Below, piece by piece: positions 1-11,705 of a stretch of 64,000 bases of DNA. The position numbers were made by a program, and so were the translations under genes. Position 1 is the first letter of the stretch; each line of letters begins with the position of its first letter. Source of the stretch: Lytechinus pictus (taxonomy: Eukaryota); NCBI RefSeq assembly GCF_037042905.1, contig NC_087263.1, positions 12,650,001 through 12,714,000 of the forward strand, in the 5' to 3' direction. The notes below the pieces were generated by a model. That model ran no database searches. It saw nothing but the letters and a program-made list of their open reading frames with translations, and was not told the origin of the DNA.

Positions 1-432
1 TTGTTGACTGTTTTAAAGTACATTTTTTTATTGAATACATTTTTTTATGTATATATATATATAAATCTATATTTATTTTGTAAATTGGAAAACATATTTT
101 TTAATATTTGTATATGCATTTTTATGCGAATAAAGAAGACTTTGAATTGAATTGAATTGAATAATATTGATATTACACAATTAAGTTTAAAGGAAAGTCA
201 TCAATTGATACTAATGTTAATATTACACCACAAAGTTTGAAAGTATCATTATGTGGAATGACATCTTGGATTGATATTCATGTTGGTGTTGCAAAGTGAA
301 GTGTACTAAGTTTTAGTTGTAAAGCAAATCATTGTATTGATAGTGATAGTACATAGCTAAATTTTAAATTATTAGTATAGAGAGAAAAATATTGGTGTGA
401 CTTCATTGAGATGTGTATTGATATCACACGAT

Positions 433-720
433 AGTGGAGCGTTGTGGCCCAGTGGATTAGTCTCCGGACTTTGAAACAAAGGGTCGTGGGTTCAAATCCC
501 AGCCATGGCGTAATTTCCTTCAGCAAGGAATTCATCCACAGTGTGCTGCACTCGACCCAGGAGAGGTAAATGGGTACTGGCAGGAAGTGGTTCCTCACAA
601 AGCTGTGTGCACCTGAATAGGTAGACTAGCTTAGCCGGGTAATAATAATAGCAGGGCCCGCTGGGAGAACATTTTTCGGAACTGAAGTGGTTACCCTGGG
701 TAAATATACCATTATTATTA
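433..720 (+). mobile_element. tRNA-derived SINE, full length
   Basis: A box TGGCCCAGTGG, B box GGTTCAAATCC, body shared with 31621-31897, (ATT)n tail. Confidence 0.85.
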
Positions 721-843
721 ATGTTATTATGATAAGTTTTATAAAGTGTTATAAGGAAAGTCATCGATTTGATTTTAATATTGTCATTACACTGTGAGGT
801 TTTACACTTAATATAATAATGAGCTGATATCGATATCACACAG

Positions 844-981
844 CCAACCTCCAAGCCGAACTACTTGCCGCCGAACAGAGGCCTCTTGCCTCACCGACCG
901 ACGATTCTCAGTCACCAACGGACAACTGTCAACCCCAGTCATCGCCCTCACCAGTAACATCCCCAGACACACCAGGAAAAG
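844..981 (+). CDS. MAPK8IP1: JIP1/2-like internal exon, Pro/Ser-rich (..NLQAELLAAEQRPLASPTDDSQSPTDNCQPQSSPSPVTSPDTPGK)
   Basis: cacag| acceptor, G|gtaatc donor, 138 bp open, phase 1-1 joins the next exon in frame; assigned by position and phase, not by recognised homology. Confidence 0.7.
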
Positions 982-1179
982 GTAATCTATGCATTTGCAG
1001 CAAACAATTATTTCATGAGAAAGTCTTTGAAAATCAAGGTTAATTGTTTACCCTATTATCCTAGATCTAGGTCTTGTACATTATTCCATAAACTTATTGA
1101 AAATCCATATTTTATTGTTTGAAAGAAATCAGAAACAGAAATCTTCCAAAAATTGGTTTTGCCCAATTGATCGTGGACC

Positions 1180-1351
1180 TGGCAGCCACTGTGCAGCGCC
1201 AGATTGACGTAACTCTATCCCTTGTATTGTTGAATGCCAAACAGGGTAGCAGCAACTCCCATCTTTTAACGACTTTTGGTCTGACACGGCCTGGGTTTGA
1301 ACTCCCAACCTCCCTGTTGTACGCTCTACCAATTGAGCCAACACACCGGTA
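1180..1351 (-). mobile_element. tRNA-derived SINE of a second family (Meta-domain-like), inserted in a TTAA MITE
   Basis: reverse strand reads TTGGCTCAATTGGTAGAGCG...GAGTTCAAACCC then gttaaaagatgggagttgctgctaccctg. Confidence 0.6.
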
Positions 1352-2007
1352 AAAAAAAAATTATGAAATCTTCGTTCAAAACTGCCAGCACATGTGATCA
1401 CTAACAAAAAAAAAGCATATGTGGGACTTTGTATTAAAATGTTGCTTGGAAAAATACCTAACATTTGATGAAATTACTTGTTTCATTTGCTCATTCCTCA
1501 GCAATTACACATTCTCTTCCAGAGCCATTTGTCACATTATGACATATACATAAAAAACACTTGGGTGGTCATTTTATTGGATTCTCTTGGAACTCATTTT
1601 GAGATTGTTACCAAAGCTGGCATTTCTCTATGCAATGCGATTCCACAAAGATCCAATTGCAACAAGTTGCCAATCGCAGCACGGTGCAGTCGCATCGCAG
1701 GCCAGCGCACACATTGCAACAGCTCTGCATCTCCATGGCTCCTCCTCTGAGGCATATGCTGTCTGCGCTGCAGCAGGAAAGCAAATTGGTTATGAAATCA
1801 TTGTGTTAGACAAATCTGATCGTCTCAAATAAAAAAAAAGGTAAAAAAATGGCAGAAAGATTTGACATGTCAAATGTCTGAGATTTGGTCTGATTCTTCT
1901 GCATTATATCTGACCACAGTTGCTGTGCATTGCAGGTCAGCGCACACTCTGTGATTTTGTTGCAATCAGTAAAAACACTATAAATCCAGCTAATTTTATC
2001 ATGATTA

Positions 2008-3303
2008 TTGTCTCGCCTGCGTAGCGGAGCGAGACATAGGTATCACTATTTGTTTCCGGCGGCGTCGGCGTTGCCGTCGTCGTCAACAATTGTGTTGTAC
2101 ACCCAATTACTTTCTATAGCTTCGAGGTGGGATCACCAAATTCATACTAGAGGTCCATCTCTTGAAGGCACAGGTCAAGTTCGAATATGAGTCGAATGTG
2201 AATAAGGTCAAAGGTCAAAGGTCAATGAACTTTCCATGACTGGCACTGTGCTGTGTTGTACACACAATAACTTTCTATATCTTTGAGTTGGGATCACCAA
2301 ATTCATACCAGAGGTCCATCTCCTGAAGGCACAGGTCAAGTTCGAATATGAGTCGAATGTGAATAAGGTCAAAGGTCAATGAACTTTCCATGACTGGCAC
2401 TGTGCTGTGTTGTACACACAATAACTTTCTATAGCTTCGAGGTGAGATCGCCAAATTCATACAAGAGGTTCATCTCTTGAAGGTGCAGGTCAAGTTCGAA
2501 TGTGAGTTGAATTTGATTAAGGTCAAAGGTCAATGAACTTTCCATGACTGGCACTGTGCTGTGTTGTACACACAATAACTTTCTATAGCTTCGAGGTGGG
2601 ATCACCAAATTCATACGAGGGGTCCATCTCTTGAAGGCACAGGTCAAGTTTGAATATGAGTCAAATGTGAATAAGGTCAAAGGTCAATGAACTTTCCATG
2701 ACTGGCACTGTGCTGTGTTGTACACACAATAACTTTCTATATCTTCGAGGTAGGAATGCCAAATTCATACAAGAGGTCCATCTTTTGAAGGTGCAGGTCA
2801 AGTTCGAATGTGAGTTGAATTTGATTAAGGTCAAAGGTCAATGAACTTTCCATGACTGGCACTGTACTGTGTTGTACACACAATAACTTTCTATAGCTTC
2901 GAGGTGGGATCGCCAAACGTGTATTGAAGGTGCAGGTCAGGTTGGTTCGAATGTGAGTTGAATTCAATTAAGGTCAAAGGTCAATGAACTTTCACACTAC
3001 TTTGTTCATCTAATGACATGAACTTTATAATTTTATACTTTTTAACACTAACATTTTACTTCAGAACTCAGTACTCTCTATACCTGAACCAGATTTTGTA
3101 TTTTACTTGTTTATTCTTTAAAAACTGTTGTTATTTATTTAATGAGCTATAGTTCTTGGCACCATTTATAATATTCACACAAAATTGCCAATTGTACAAT
3201 AGAAAAGCTGTCAAAGTTTCTTAAATGTTACCCTTCAGATTTGACATGCAGTCTCTTCATGACTGCAATATGCAGGTGAGACAACGCTTGGCGTTTGCCT
3301 TGT
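2008..3303 (+). mobile_element. Helentron-associated (HINE/DINE-1-like) element with six 154-bp core repeats
   Basis: 5' GTCTCGCCTGC hairpin, GGC/GTC microsatellite, tandem cores, 3' subterminal GCAGGTGAGAC, T-rich flanks. Confidence 0.65.
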
Positions 3304-3396
3304 AATTATTTGTGAGAGCGACGTAAAGTGTAACGAGTTTGATGAAAATAAAGTCTGGACTTACATGTACATGTACCTTCATATCTATGCTTACAG

Positions 3397-3687
3397 TACC
3401 ACAGGCCTCGTCTCAGCCCACCCGGCCAAACCAACTACCCCTCCCAGCCGCCACCCTCCCCCACACCTCTGCCCCCGTCCCGGACCCTGTCCTTCCCCCA
3501 GAGGAGGTGCCACGCCCGATTGTAGAATCAATCACGCCCCACTTCACCCCCTTCCTCTCTAACACCAACCTCCTCCTACAAGAGGACTCCAGTCCGGAGA
3601 GCCTCCGGAAGAAGAAGACGTTCTCCATCAAACGGGCTGCGCCTCAATTCCGGAGACCACCGCCTCCAAAGGAGAACGACCCTTCAG
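3397..3687 (+). CDS. MAPK8IP1: JIP1/2-like exon, Pro-rich linker (VPQASSQPTRP...RRPPPPKENDPS)
   Basis: ttacag| acceptor, G|gtgaaa donor, 291 bp, GC-rich and open, phase 1-1. Confidence 0.85.
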
Positions 3688-4145
3688 GTGAAATATCAGT
3701 GTTAAAGATTTTAACCGAGTGAAAACAGTTGCAGTAAACAATAATTTTACAAGAAAATTTGTCATTTATAACCAAGTTTGATTGTCACTATATCATAATG
3801 GGTCTAGATCTGGTACAGTTGCATAAACTAAACTTTGCAAAACCATGAAATATAAGCTGAAATCTGATCACACTTTACTGTAGATCGCCAACACAGGTAA
3901 GCACATGTGGGACAGTGTATTATTATTGCTTGGAAAAATACCCAACATTTGACTTTGAATAAACCCATGCTTATTTGATTTATCAGCAATTGCACAATAT
4001 TTTCCAGAATCCACTGGCACTTAATTTGTTATTCATACATACAGACACTTGTGTGGTTATTTTACATGATTCTGTATATTTCTCATTTTGGAATTGTTAC
4101 CACAACTGGCATTTATCTTTAATCTTTATATTATCATCATTTCAG

Positions 4146-4400
4146 ATGATGAACAACCGTGCTTCCAGCCCGTAACCTTGGTGATCGACGGAGAACTCAA
4201 GGTGCAATCCCACAAGGCCCTCTACCGCTTCTTCCCTCGCCACGACGACGAGATACTCCTGGACAAGGATGACCCCGTTTATGTAGAGGTCAAAGGTGAT
4301 GACCTCTGGTACGAGGGTATCAACCTGAGGACCGGAGATGAGGGCTGTTTCCCAAGCAGATATGTGAGAGATTATACTATGGAAGTCGATGGTCAGCCTG
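4146..4400 (+). CDS. MAPK8IP1: JIP1/2-like exon, SH3 domain (QSHKALYRFFPRHDDEILLDKDDPVYVEVKGDDLWYEGINLRTGDEGCFPSRYV)
   Basis: tttcag| and G|gtatgt borders, 255 bp; translation matches the JIP1-type SH3 pattern. Confidence 0.95.
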
Positions 4401-5564
4401 GTATGTCAAAGCTTAATCAATTTAGTTCAATCCAATTCAATTCAATTTTATTCAACCATAAAAATATGTATATACAAATCATACAGTGTACATAATTATG
4501 TAATAAATGGTACAAAATATGGCTAGGACCATAAAAAAGCAAACTGCTTGTAGAGAATGGCCCCCAAAACAATAACATTGACAAAATTTACAATTAGAAA
4601 CATAAAACTAACAAAACTAAAAAAACACAAACTTAATTCAATTCCATTCCGTTCAATTCTATTCAATTCAGTACAATTCAATATCACTTTGTAAGTCTAT
4701 GATCGGTGTATCTCATTACCAGCTTTTGCTTTCAGGGAACTACGACTTCTTCTGTTACTTAACAAATTTGTTATATATTCAGATTTTTATGACAAATGGT
4801 CTCTGCATAATTCGTATTAAAAATGATGTTTTATTGAATATGGAAGAAAATGAATTTTTATTAGAAATTAGCATAAAAATGAACATATAACTTTTTAGTA
4901 AATTATCAACATTGCACCTGTCAATATGATAAATAGTAAGGGGTTATGACCATTATGTACATATGACTAAAGCAAAGATTGCATAAATACATAGTGCGGA
5001 AGAGGCCTATGACACCGTGTGGTCAATCCCGAAAAGAGATGCTGGATGGCGGAATGACAAGAGACGGAAACCAAAGGCAAGAATAAAACGATAATGAGAA
5101 GCATCCCCTATGATGCAATGTGAAGTCTCTAAAAGGGACAGTAAGCACTCAGGGACCCCACCCCACATCAGTATTACCCCTCATCCCCATCTCCTTTACA
5201 TTCATAATCAATCAGTCACCCTTGAGATTGTATTTATTTTTATAACACATACCTGTATATTATCCATATCTGTGCGTTTTTTTTCTTTAAGCTTCCGGTG
5301 TAGGGGTAAAATGCCACTTTGAGAATTGAAAGTAGATAAATTCCCTTTTCCCCTTCAATTTTATCATAGAAGTGCCAATTGAAGACTGGAAGCAGATTTG
5401 ATAATCAACAATTTTTATTCCGTTTGTTTTATTTTGTGAAAGTGGCTAATTTGAGAATTGAAACAAGATGAATCAATTCATCTTCCCTTTTGTTTCATTG
5501 ATGCCAATTTTAGGAATAAAATCAGTTTGATTAATTCTTATTTTTCATTTATTTCATCATGCAG

Positions 5565-5791
5565 GTGCGCCGATCAAGAGGGTTCATATAAGCAGATTCC
5601 GACTGCAATTTCTTGGTTCAGTGGAAACTCCCTTTCACAGAGGCAATGAAGTTTTATGCAGGGCCATGCAGAAGGTCGTTATGGCCAGGAGGATGACCCC
5701 TGACCTTCGACCCCCGACAAAGTGCATTCTAGAAATCAGCGACAACGGGGTCAGAATGATTGACCAGTCGAAATCTCCAAAACCGGAGGAG
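5565..5791 (+). CDS. MAPK8IP1: JIP1/2-like exon, PTB/PID domain N-part (RFRLQFLGSVETPFHRGNEVLCRAMQKV)
   Basis: tgcag| and GAG|gtacgt borders; FLGSVE.P.H.GN.VLC.AMQK motif of the JIP PTB domain. Confidence 0.95.
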
Positions 5792-6443
5792 GTACGTCAT
5801 AGATTTTTGTTAGAGGGGAAGTTAACCCTGTGTAAAATGCAAATAGACCATTTCATAGTTACATGTGTACTTCATGGGCAATTTTGGTCAGATGACCGTT
5901 CATTTCTTTCATTATGAAAGGCAGATTTCAGAGCAAGATATTACGTAAGCATGCCTTACATAGCAGGATGAAGAAATTGAATAGACCAGGTGACTAGAAT
6001 AGCACACTAATGAACACTCTGCGAAGTTATTTATTGCATTTCTACTTTGAATGCATTAGCATGTTATAGCAATGTATTTGGCCAACTGTGAAATACCAGT
6101 CGCTAGTGGACGTATTGTTGTTTTTTGCGGATCTAATGAAAACCACAATTCAAAAGAATATATGAATAATCAAGACATCAAAGTTGGTGCTTATCTCGCC
6201 TATGTCACTTTAGTACCAATAACCTTTTTCTGATCATGCACAGAATCTTCTGATCATGCGCAGAATGGAACTACGAAATGGCTTATTGGCATGGGATAAT
6301 TGGTGAAGGTCTGGTAGAAATCCGTGAAAGCATGAAAGATTTGTGATTTGAAAAAAAAAATATTGTGACGTCACCTGCCCCATGTGGCATTTTATTAAAA
6401 TTGGCATAAATCCTGATTTTTCAATGGTTCATGATGACTGAAG

Positions 6444-6917
6444 CAGACCTGCCAACCAGTACGATTTAGCCAGATTTAGTACGTTTTTTGCAAACAAAAT
6501 ACGGCATTACGTTTTTTCTTTAAAAAATACGTTTTTTTTTACAAAATCGTTATTTATTGAGAAAAATCATCTCTATATGTCTCTATTTCATAAAACGTAC
6601 ACAAATATGGTTATTAGATCAATGTAATTTCAGGTAACTTGTTTTTTTTTTTCAATCATTTTGTAAAAACCAGGGTGAGATATACACAAGTTTCAATGGT
6701 TTTTTTTTTCATCTGCAAGAGCAGTGCGCATTTTAGCTTGCATGCAGCTTGAGCACCGTGATGGGCGAGTGCGCCAAGCATTTTATTATGAAATACACTT
6801 TTTTGGGGAAAAATACAAAATATTTATCTCACATGGTAAAAGTACTGATTTTTTTGTCAAAATAGTGATTTTGGGGGATAAGAATACTGAAAATGGAAAA
6901 ACAACTTGGCAGCTCTG
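6444..6917. mobile_element. MITE with CAGACCTGCCAA termini and 6-bp TSD CTGAAG
   Basis: terminal inverted repeats; near-identical paralog at 30413-30839. Confidence 0.8.
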
Positions 6918-7408
6918 CTGAAGATATTTTTCTCTGAGAAGCAGGTATGAAATGATTGGATGGGATTGATCTATTATTTCTATATTATATTTCTACTTAA
7001 TAGTGGTAATGATGTTTTGACTTCCACATTTTGTTGTTGTTGAATTCCATTATCCTGTAATTATTTCTTTATTATATTTCTAATTAATTTCTGTAAAGAT
7101 GTTTGGAATTCCGTATTCTCTTTTTGTTCATATCCCTAAATATCTGGTATATTCTTACTTCCATACTTTTCTTTTCTTGGTGCTTTGAAATATCTGTTTA
7201 ATAACGTTCTTTTAAAATTTTGTGTATTATTATTGTTATAGTTAAGTACTAATATGACTTGGGTTTAGTTTCCATGTTTGATAATTATGACAAACAGAAG
7301 TGGAATTTTGGACACATGAAATGAGAAAAAAAAGATCACAATGATATTGTCAGCATAATATACAGCAAATAATTTTATATGATTATGATCCATTTTATTT
7401 ATTTACAG

Positions 7409-7527
7409 CAAAAGGATTCGGTAAGGAAGAAGGTGGAGAAATTCCTGAGCGGGAAACCAAAAGGACACAACTACTACTTTTCCCTCAAGAATATATCATA
7501 CTGTGGCTTCCATCCACAAAGCTCAAA
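7409..7527 (+). CDS. MAPK8IP1: JIP1/2-like exon, PTB domain (QKDSVRKKVEKFLSGKPKGHNYYFSLKNISYCGFHPQSS)
   Basis: ttacag| and AA|gtgagt borders; F.LKNIS.CG.HP motif; phase 0-2. Confidence 0.93.
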
Positions 7528-8110
7528 GTGAGTCTAATGTACATGTGCGCGCTCATCGGAATCAAACCGTTCCTTGCGTGTGCTCTCTCTTCCCCAGTGG
7601 TGCCTCACTGGGGCCTTACCGATAGCTCACGGCTAGCTTACAGTTGGCGGATCGCGATCTTGCCTGAAAAAGAAAAACCTAGGTGAAGGATCGCGATTAC
7701 ACCCCAAAGGCCGTACCGATGTGCCAAAACATTTGAGCAGTAGTGTATCTCACAAAGGAGTGTGATCGATCCAATCAGTCGCAACTATGGAAAACAAGTG
7801 GCACCATAAGTTTAGAATGGATTATACCTTTTCAAATTGAGTCATCTACATGTATATATTGATTGATTGATTTGCCCATAAAGCCTTTTATTTGCATCCT
7901 AGATAAAAACATACATGTAGCATGATAAAACAATATTAATTTTGAAAATATTACAAAGAGGCATTGGATAAAAAAAGCAAAATACAATTTAAAAGATAAC
8001 AATTTATTACAAATATTCATACAATGTCTCTGTTTGGGTTCATAAACGTGATCCTTCTTTTATTTACAAAATGCCATGTCCTTATGGAGAAGAGTTTATG
8101 GTACATTCAT

Positions 8111-8152
8111 TCTCCTGAAGACGACACGAACACACTTGTTGAAACGTTGAGA
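8111..8152 (+). ncRNA. Candidate minimal type-I hammerhead ribozyme (Penelope-like-element type)
   Basis: TCTC-CTGAAGA-c-GACA..TGTT-GAAA-CGT-T-GAGA. Confidence 0.5.
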
Positions 8153-8824
8153 TTGGGTGGTCCTTTCCAGGGGTCCGTTGCAGAAAGAGTTGCGTTTAAA
8201 CGCAAGTCAAAAAATCAATCGCAAGTCCAAAATGCGCGCTGTTGATTGGTAGAAAATCAAGTTACGCCTGACTTTTGGAGTTGCAATTGATTACAACCCT
8301 TTCTGCAACGGGCCCCTGGACCAACAATTGCCCAAGAAAGATACATGGTGTACCATGAGACCTACAACACTTATGGTACAGCTTTCCATAGTTGTGAATG
8401 ATCCACAAAGCTCTAAGTGAGTCCATCTCTTATTTGTATCCACGTTTCTGGCAAGCAGGGGGTTTTCATTCTCAGATTGTCTAACAGTAACATCATCATG
8501 GCTAAATGAATCTGGGGAACATTCCATAAAAAAAAAATGTGTATAGCGCTTTAACATTCAAAGGTTCTAAGCAACACAAACTAGTTGTTACACTGTCTAA
8601 ATTGGCAACACAAAAAAAAAATGATTGTTTAAAAATGCACCTTTTTGTCAAAATGTTGCTATTATGATGCATTTTAACTGAAGTTTTATCGTGTTGAACT
8701 TTTCTGAGTAAGATAATTAGAAAAAAAATGATTTGCCAATTATGACTAATTTTCTCTCCTCAAGTATTGTATTTGTATGTTTTTTCTGTAATTCTAAAGA
8801 TATTTATACAATTTTTGCAATCAG

Positions 8825-8929
8825 ATACTTTGGATTCATCACCAAACATCCCAACGATAGACGATTTGCTTGCCATGTATTCATAACAGAAAATGCCCAG
8901 AGTGGAAAACCGCTTGCAGAAGCCATGGG
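8825..8929 (+). CDS. MAPK8IP1: JIP1/2-like exon, PTB domain ([34 protein letters not shown])
   Basis: atcag| and GG|gtaagt borders; YFGFITKHP...RFACHVF motif. Confidence 0.95.
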
Positions 8930-9321
8930 GTAAGTAGTTATCTAGCACCATCTCTTGGTAATTATTGTTTTCAATTCATCACTTAACATCCAAATGATAG
9001 ACGATTTGAATGCCATGTATTCATAACAGAAAATGCTCAGGGTGGACTAGTATCTGCTTGCAGAAGCCATTGGGTAAGTAGTTATCTAGTGCCCTCTCTT
9101 GTTAAGAATGGTATTATCTTAAGTTCATCACTAGACAACCCAACGATAGATGATTTGCTTGCCATGTTATTATTACCAATTATTGTTATTACAGCAATAG
9201 CTGCAAGATATAGAGAGAAAAAAAGAATGTTTTGATTCTGAATGAAGTTGAACAATACATTTTTAAGTCTATTGCTCAATCACACTGCTATATTAAATAT
9301 TTCTGTCTGTTTTATTCACAG

Positions 9322-9394
9322 TGCTGCTTTTAAACGCTTCTATGCTGAGTTCCTAGACTACACCAATCCTACAGAAGACATCTATTTAGAATGA
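9322..9394 (+). CDS. MAPK8IP1: JIP1/2-like last coding exon (AAFKRFYAEFLDYTNPTEDIYLE*)
   Basis: ttcacag| acceptor; ends in the conserved PTEDIYLE kinesin-light-chain binding tail, TGA at 9392-9394. Confidence 0.96.
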
Positions 9395-9944
9395 TAATAG
9401 GCACTCTTAGTTCTTACCCTTCCTAGCATAGACTTCACCAAGTTACAGACTGTAGTTGGGCTGCTTCCAGTGCTGTGTATACCAAGTTCCTAGACTACAA
9501 AAGTTCCAAAGAAGACAGTTCCAAGGCTGCTTGCAGTGCTGTGTTCCAAGACTACACAAGTTCCAAAGAAGACAGTTCCAAGGCTGCTTGCAGTGCTGCA
9601 TAAATAAAAAGGCAGTTCTAGTCAAAGTTCTTAGACTAGACCTTTTTTTACAGGCGACACCAGGCTTTGCTGAGTTCCAGACTAGGCTGCTTCCAGTTCA
9701 GGCCTAGCTCTAGTTCCTAGACCAACCAATCCTACAGTCGACATCTATCCTATCGTAGCTTTCACAAATTTCCAGGCACTGTGCTATTACCACAGCCTTG
9801 CCGTAGTAATGTAAGTACATGTGCAGTGTGTATTCTCAAATACTGTGGTTAACAAATCTTTGCTGTGTTTTACAGAGATTCATACCATATAGAAATCTAA
9901 TTATACTTTTCTTTATAGAGCATGTAACTTGTATCAGAAGTTTT

Positions 9945-10345
9945 TAAGCGCTCTACAATAAATGCAGTATTTATTTCACCTGGGTTGAGCGCAGCACTAT
10001 GTTGATGAATTTCTTGCTGAAGGATATTACTGCCTGGGTTAGGATTTGAATCCTTGACCCTGTGATTACGACACGGGAGTCAGAACCACTTCACCATGAT
10101 GACACAGTCTTTCTAGAAATATTGTCTTCTGAGGCTCACATTCATCATTTGAATTGCTCCGGCATTACGAAGAGCTTCATTTTCCGGCGCTCATTGCATT
10201 CAGGAAATTAATTCTCCTGGGTACTCATTCACCTCACCTGGGTTGAGTGCAGCATGGTGTGGATCGATGTCTTACTGAAGGATATTATCACCATAACTGG
10301 GATTTGAACCCACAACCCTCTGACTGGAAGACGAGGAGTCAGAAT
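9945..10345 (-). mobile_element. Two degenerate tRNA-SINE copies
   Basis: cacctgggttgagtgcagca and ggatttgaacc (B box, reverse) motifs occur twice. Confidence 0.6.
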
Positions 10346-11274
10346 CATAATACCTGGGCACCATCTTAAAAAGAGTTACGATTGATCCAATCAATCTCAA
10401 GTATATGGAAATTTTTTTTAGGCTAATGTTGAACTATCTAGTACCGGTATACTGTAATATTGATTTGAAACAAAGTTATGACAAAACAGGGTCAGTGTGG
10501 AATTCATTTACATAATGTATTTTTTCATTTGTCTGAACATAGAGGCTGCTTAAATGCACATTAACACATAGTTTTGTAGGTTCATTCACACAGTAATAAG
10601 CTTTCAAACTTTTGAAAATACTATTTCTGAACAGAGAGACTTGCTCAAAGACACACCTGTACACAGTTATTGTAGCTTCATTTACACATTGTAATAAATT
10701 GCTTAATTTGTCGTATAGCTTCCTACTGATAAAAATGGTTGAGCATTGCTGTATAATAATATGCATGAAGGACCCAGGGCAGTGGGATTAAAGTACAGAA
10801 ATTGACCTTTTTATGCATCTTGATAAATTCTTCCCCAAAATTATCAAATTGCTTCAATACAAGCAACCTTTTCTTCAGAGTTTAAATTACGTGCGACAAT
10901 AAGGGCAGTAATTATGAAAGAGTAATAATGCAATATGACTGAACACAGTTTATCATGAGTGTTTTATTCGAGTTCATGTATTGATGTGTCTATCTAGATG
11001 GTATGCTGAACATTTAGAATTTTACCTTTCAAACTACAGTGTACATCTACATTTCCATGCGAATACATACAAATATTTATTATGACACCTTGTTTACAAC
11101 TCGTAACACTTAAAAAGTGACCCAATGTACACGTAGTATGCACATGTAAATGTATGGTATATAAAATGTATCCATGTTTTTTCATCACAAAATGAAAAGA
11201 AAAATGATCTGTTGACAGTGAATTTTTTCTTCCTGTTTCTTTACTAGTGCTACAGTATGATTTGCTTAATCTAA

Positions 11275-11705
11275 AGGCCACCGCACACCTTACGACCCGA
11301 CTGGTCTGCAACTGGCTTGCGACTGAGTGAGGGGAGATGTGACGTCACAGCTCTTGTCAGCTTGAGAGTCGCAGACCGGTCAGAGACCAGTCGCAAGGAA
11401 AATCGTAAGGATTTGACAAGTTGAATCCTTATGACTGGATTGCAAGCTCAATCCAACTTCCAGCCAATCAGACAGCAGAGTTGCACGACGCGTATATGAT
11501 AAACAACGCGCATACGCAGTAGTAAGAGCATTCTCTCAGTTGCTATGGCAAAAAGCAAAAAGCGCATGCGTGAGTCGCAGACAGCATGGTAGTCGGATCG
11601 CAAGGTGTGAGGTGTCGAGGCTTATGACCACCTTGCGATTCATCTCCCCTCACTCAGTCGCAAGCCAGTCGCAGACCAGTCGGGTTGTAAGGTGTGCGGT
11701 GGCCT
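11275..11705. mobile_element. Harbinger-like palindromic MITE
   Basis: about 66-bp near-perfect TIR AGGCCACCGCACACCTTAC...; TAA/TTA flanks. Confidence 0.8.

Noticed and set aside
433..520. tRNA gene
   Set aside because: A and B boxes run into a SINE body found in several dispersed copies; no complete acceptor stem or terminator.
2090..2995. Regularly spaced repeats resembling a CRISPR array
   Set aside because: Whole 154-bp units repeat with no unique spacers; eukaryotic intron; no cas genes.
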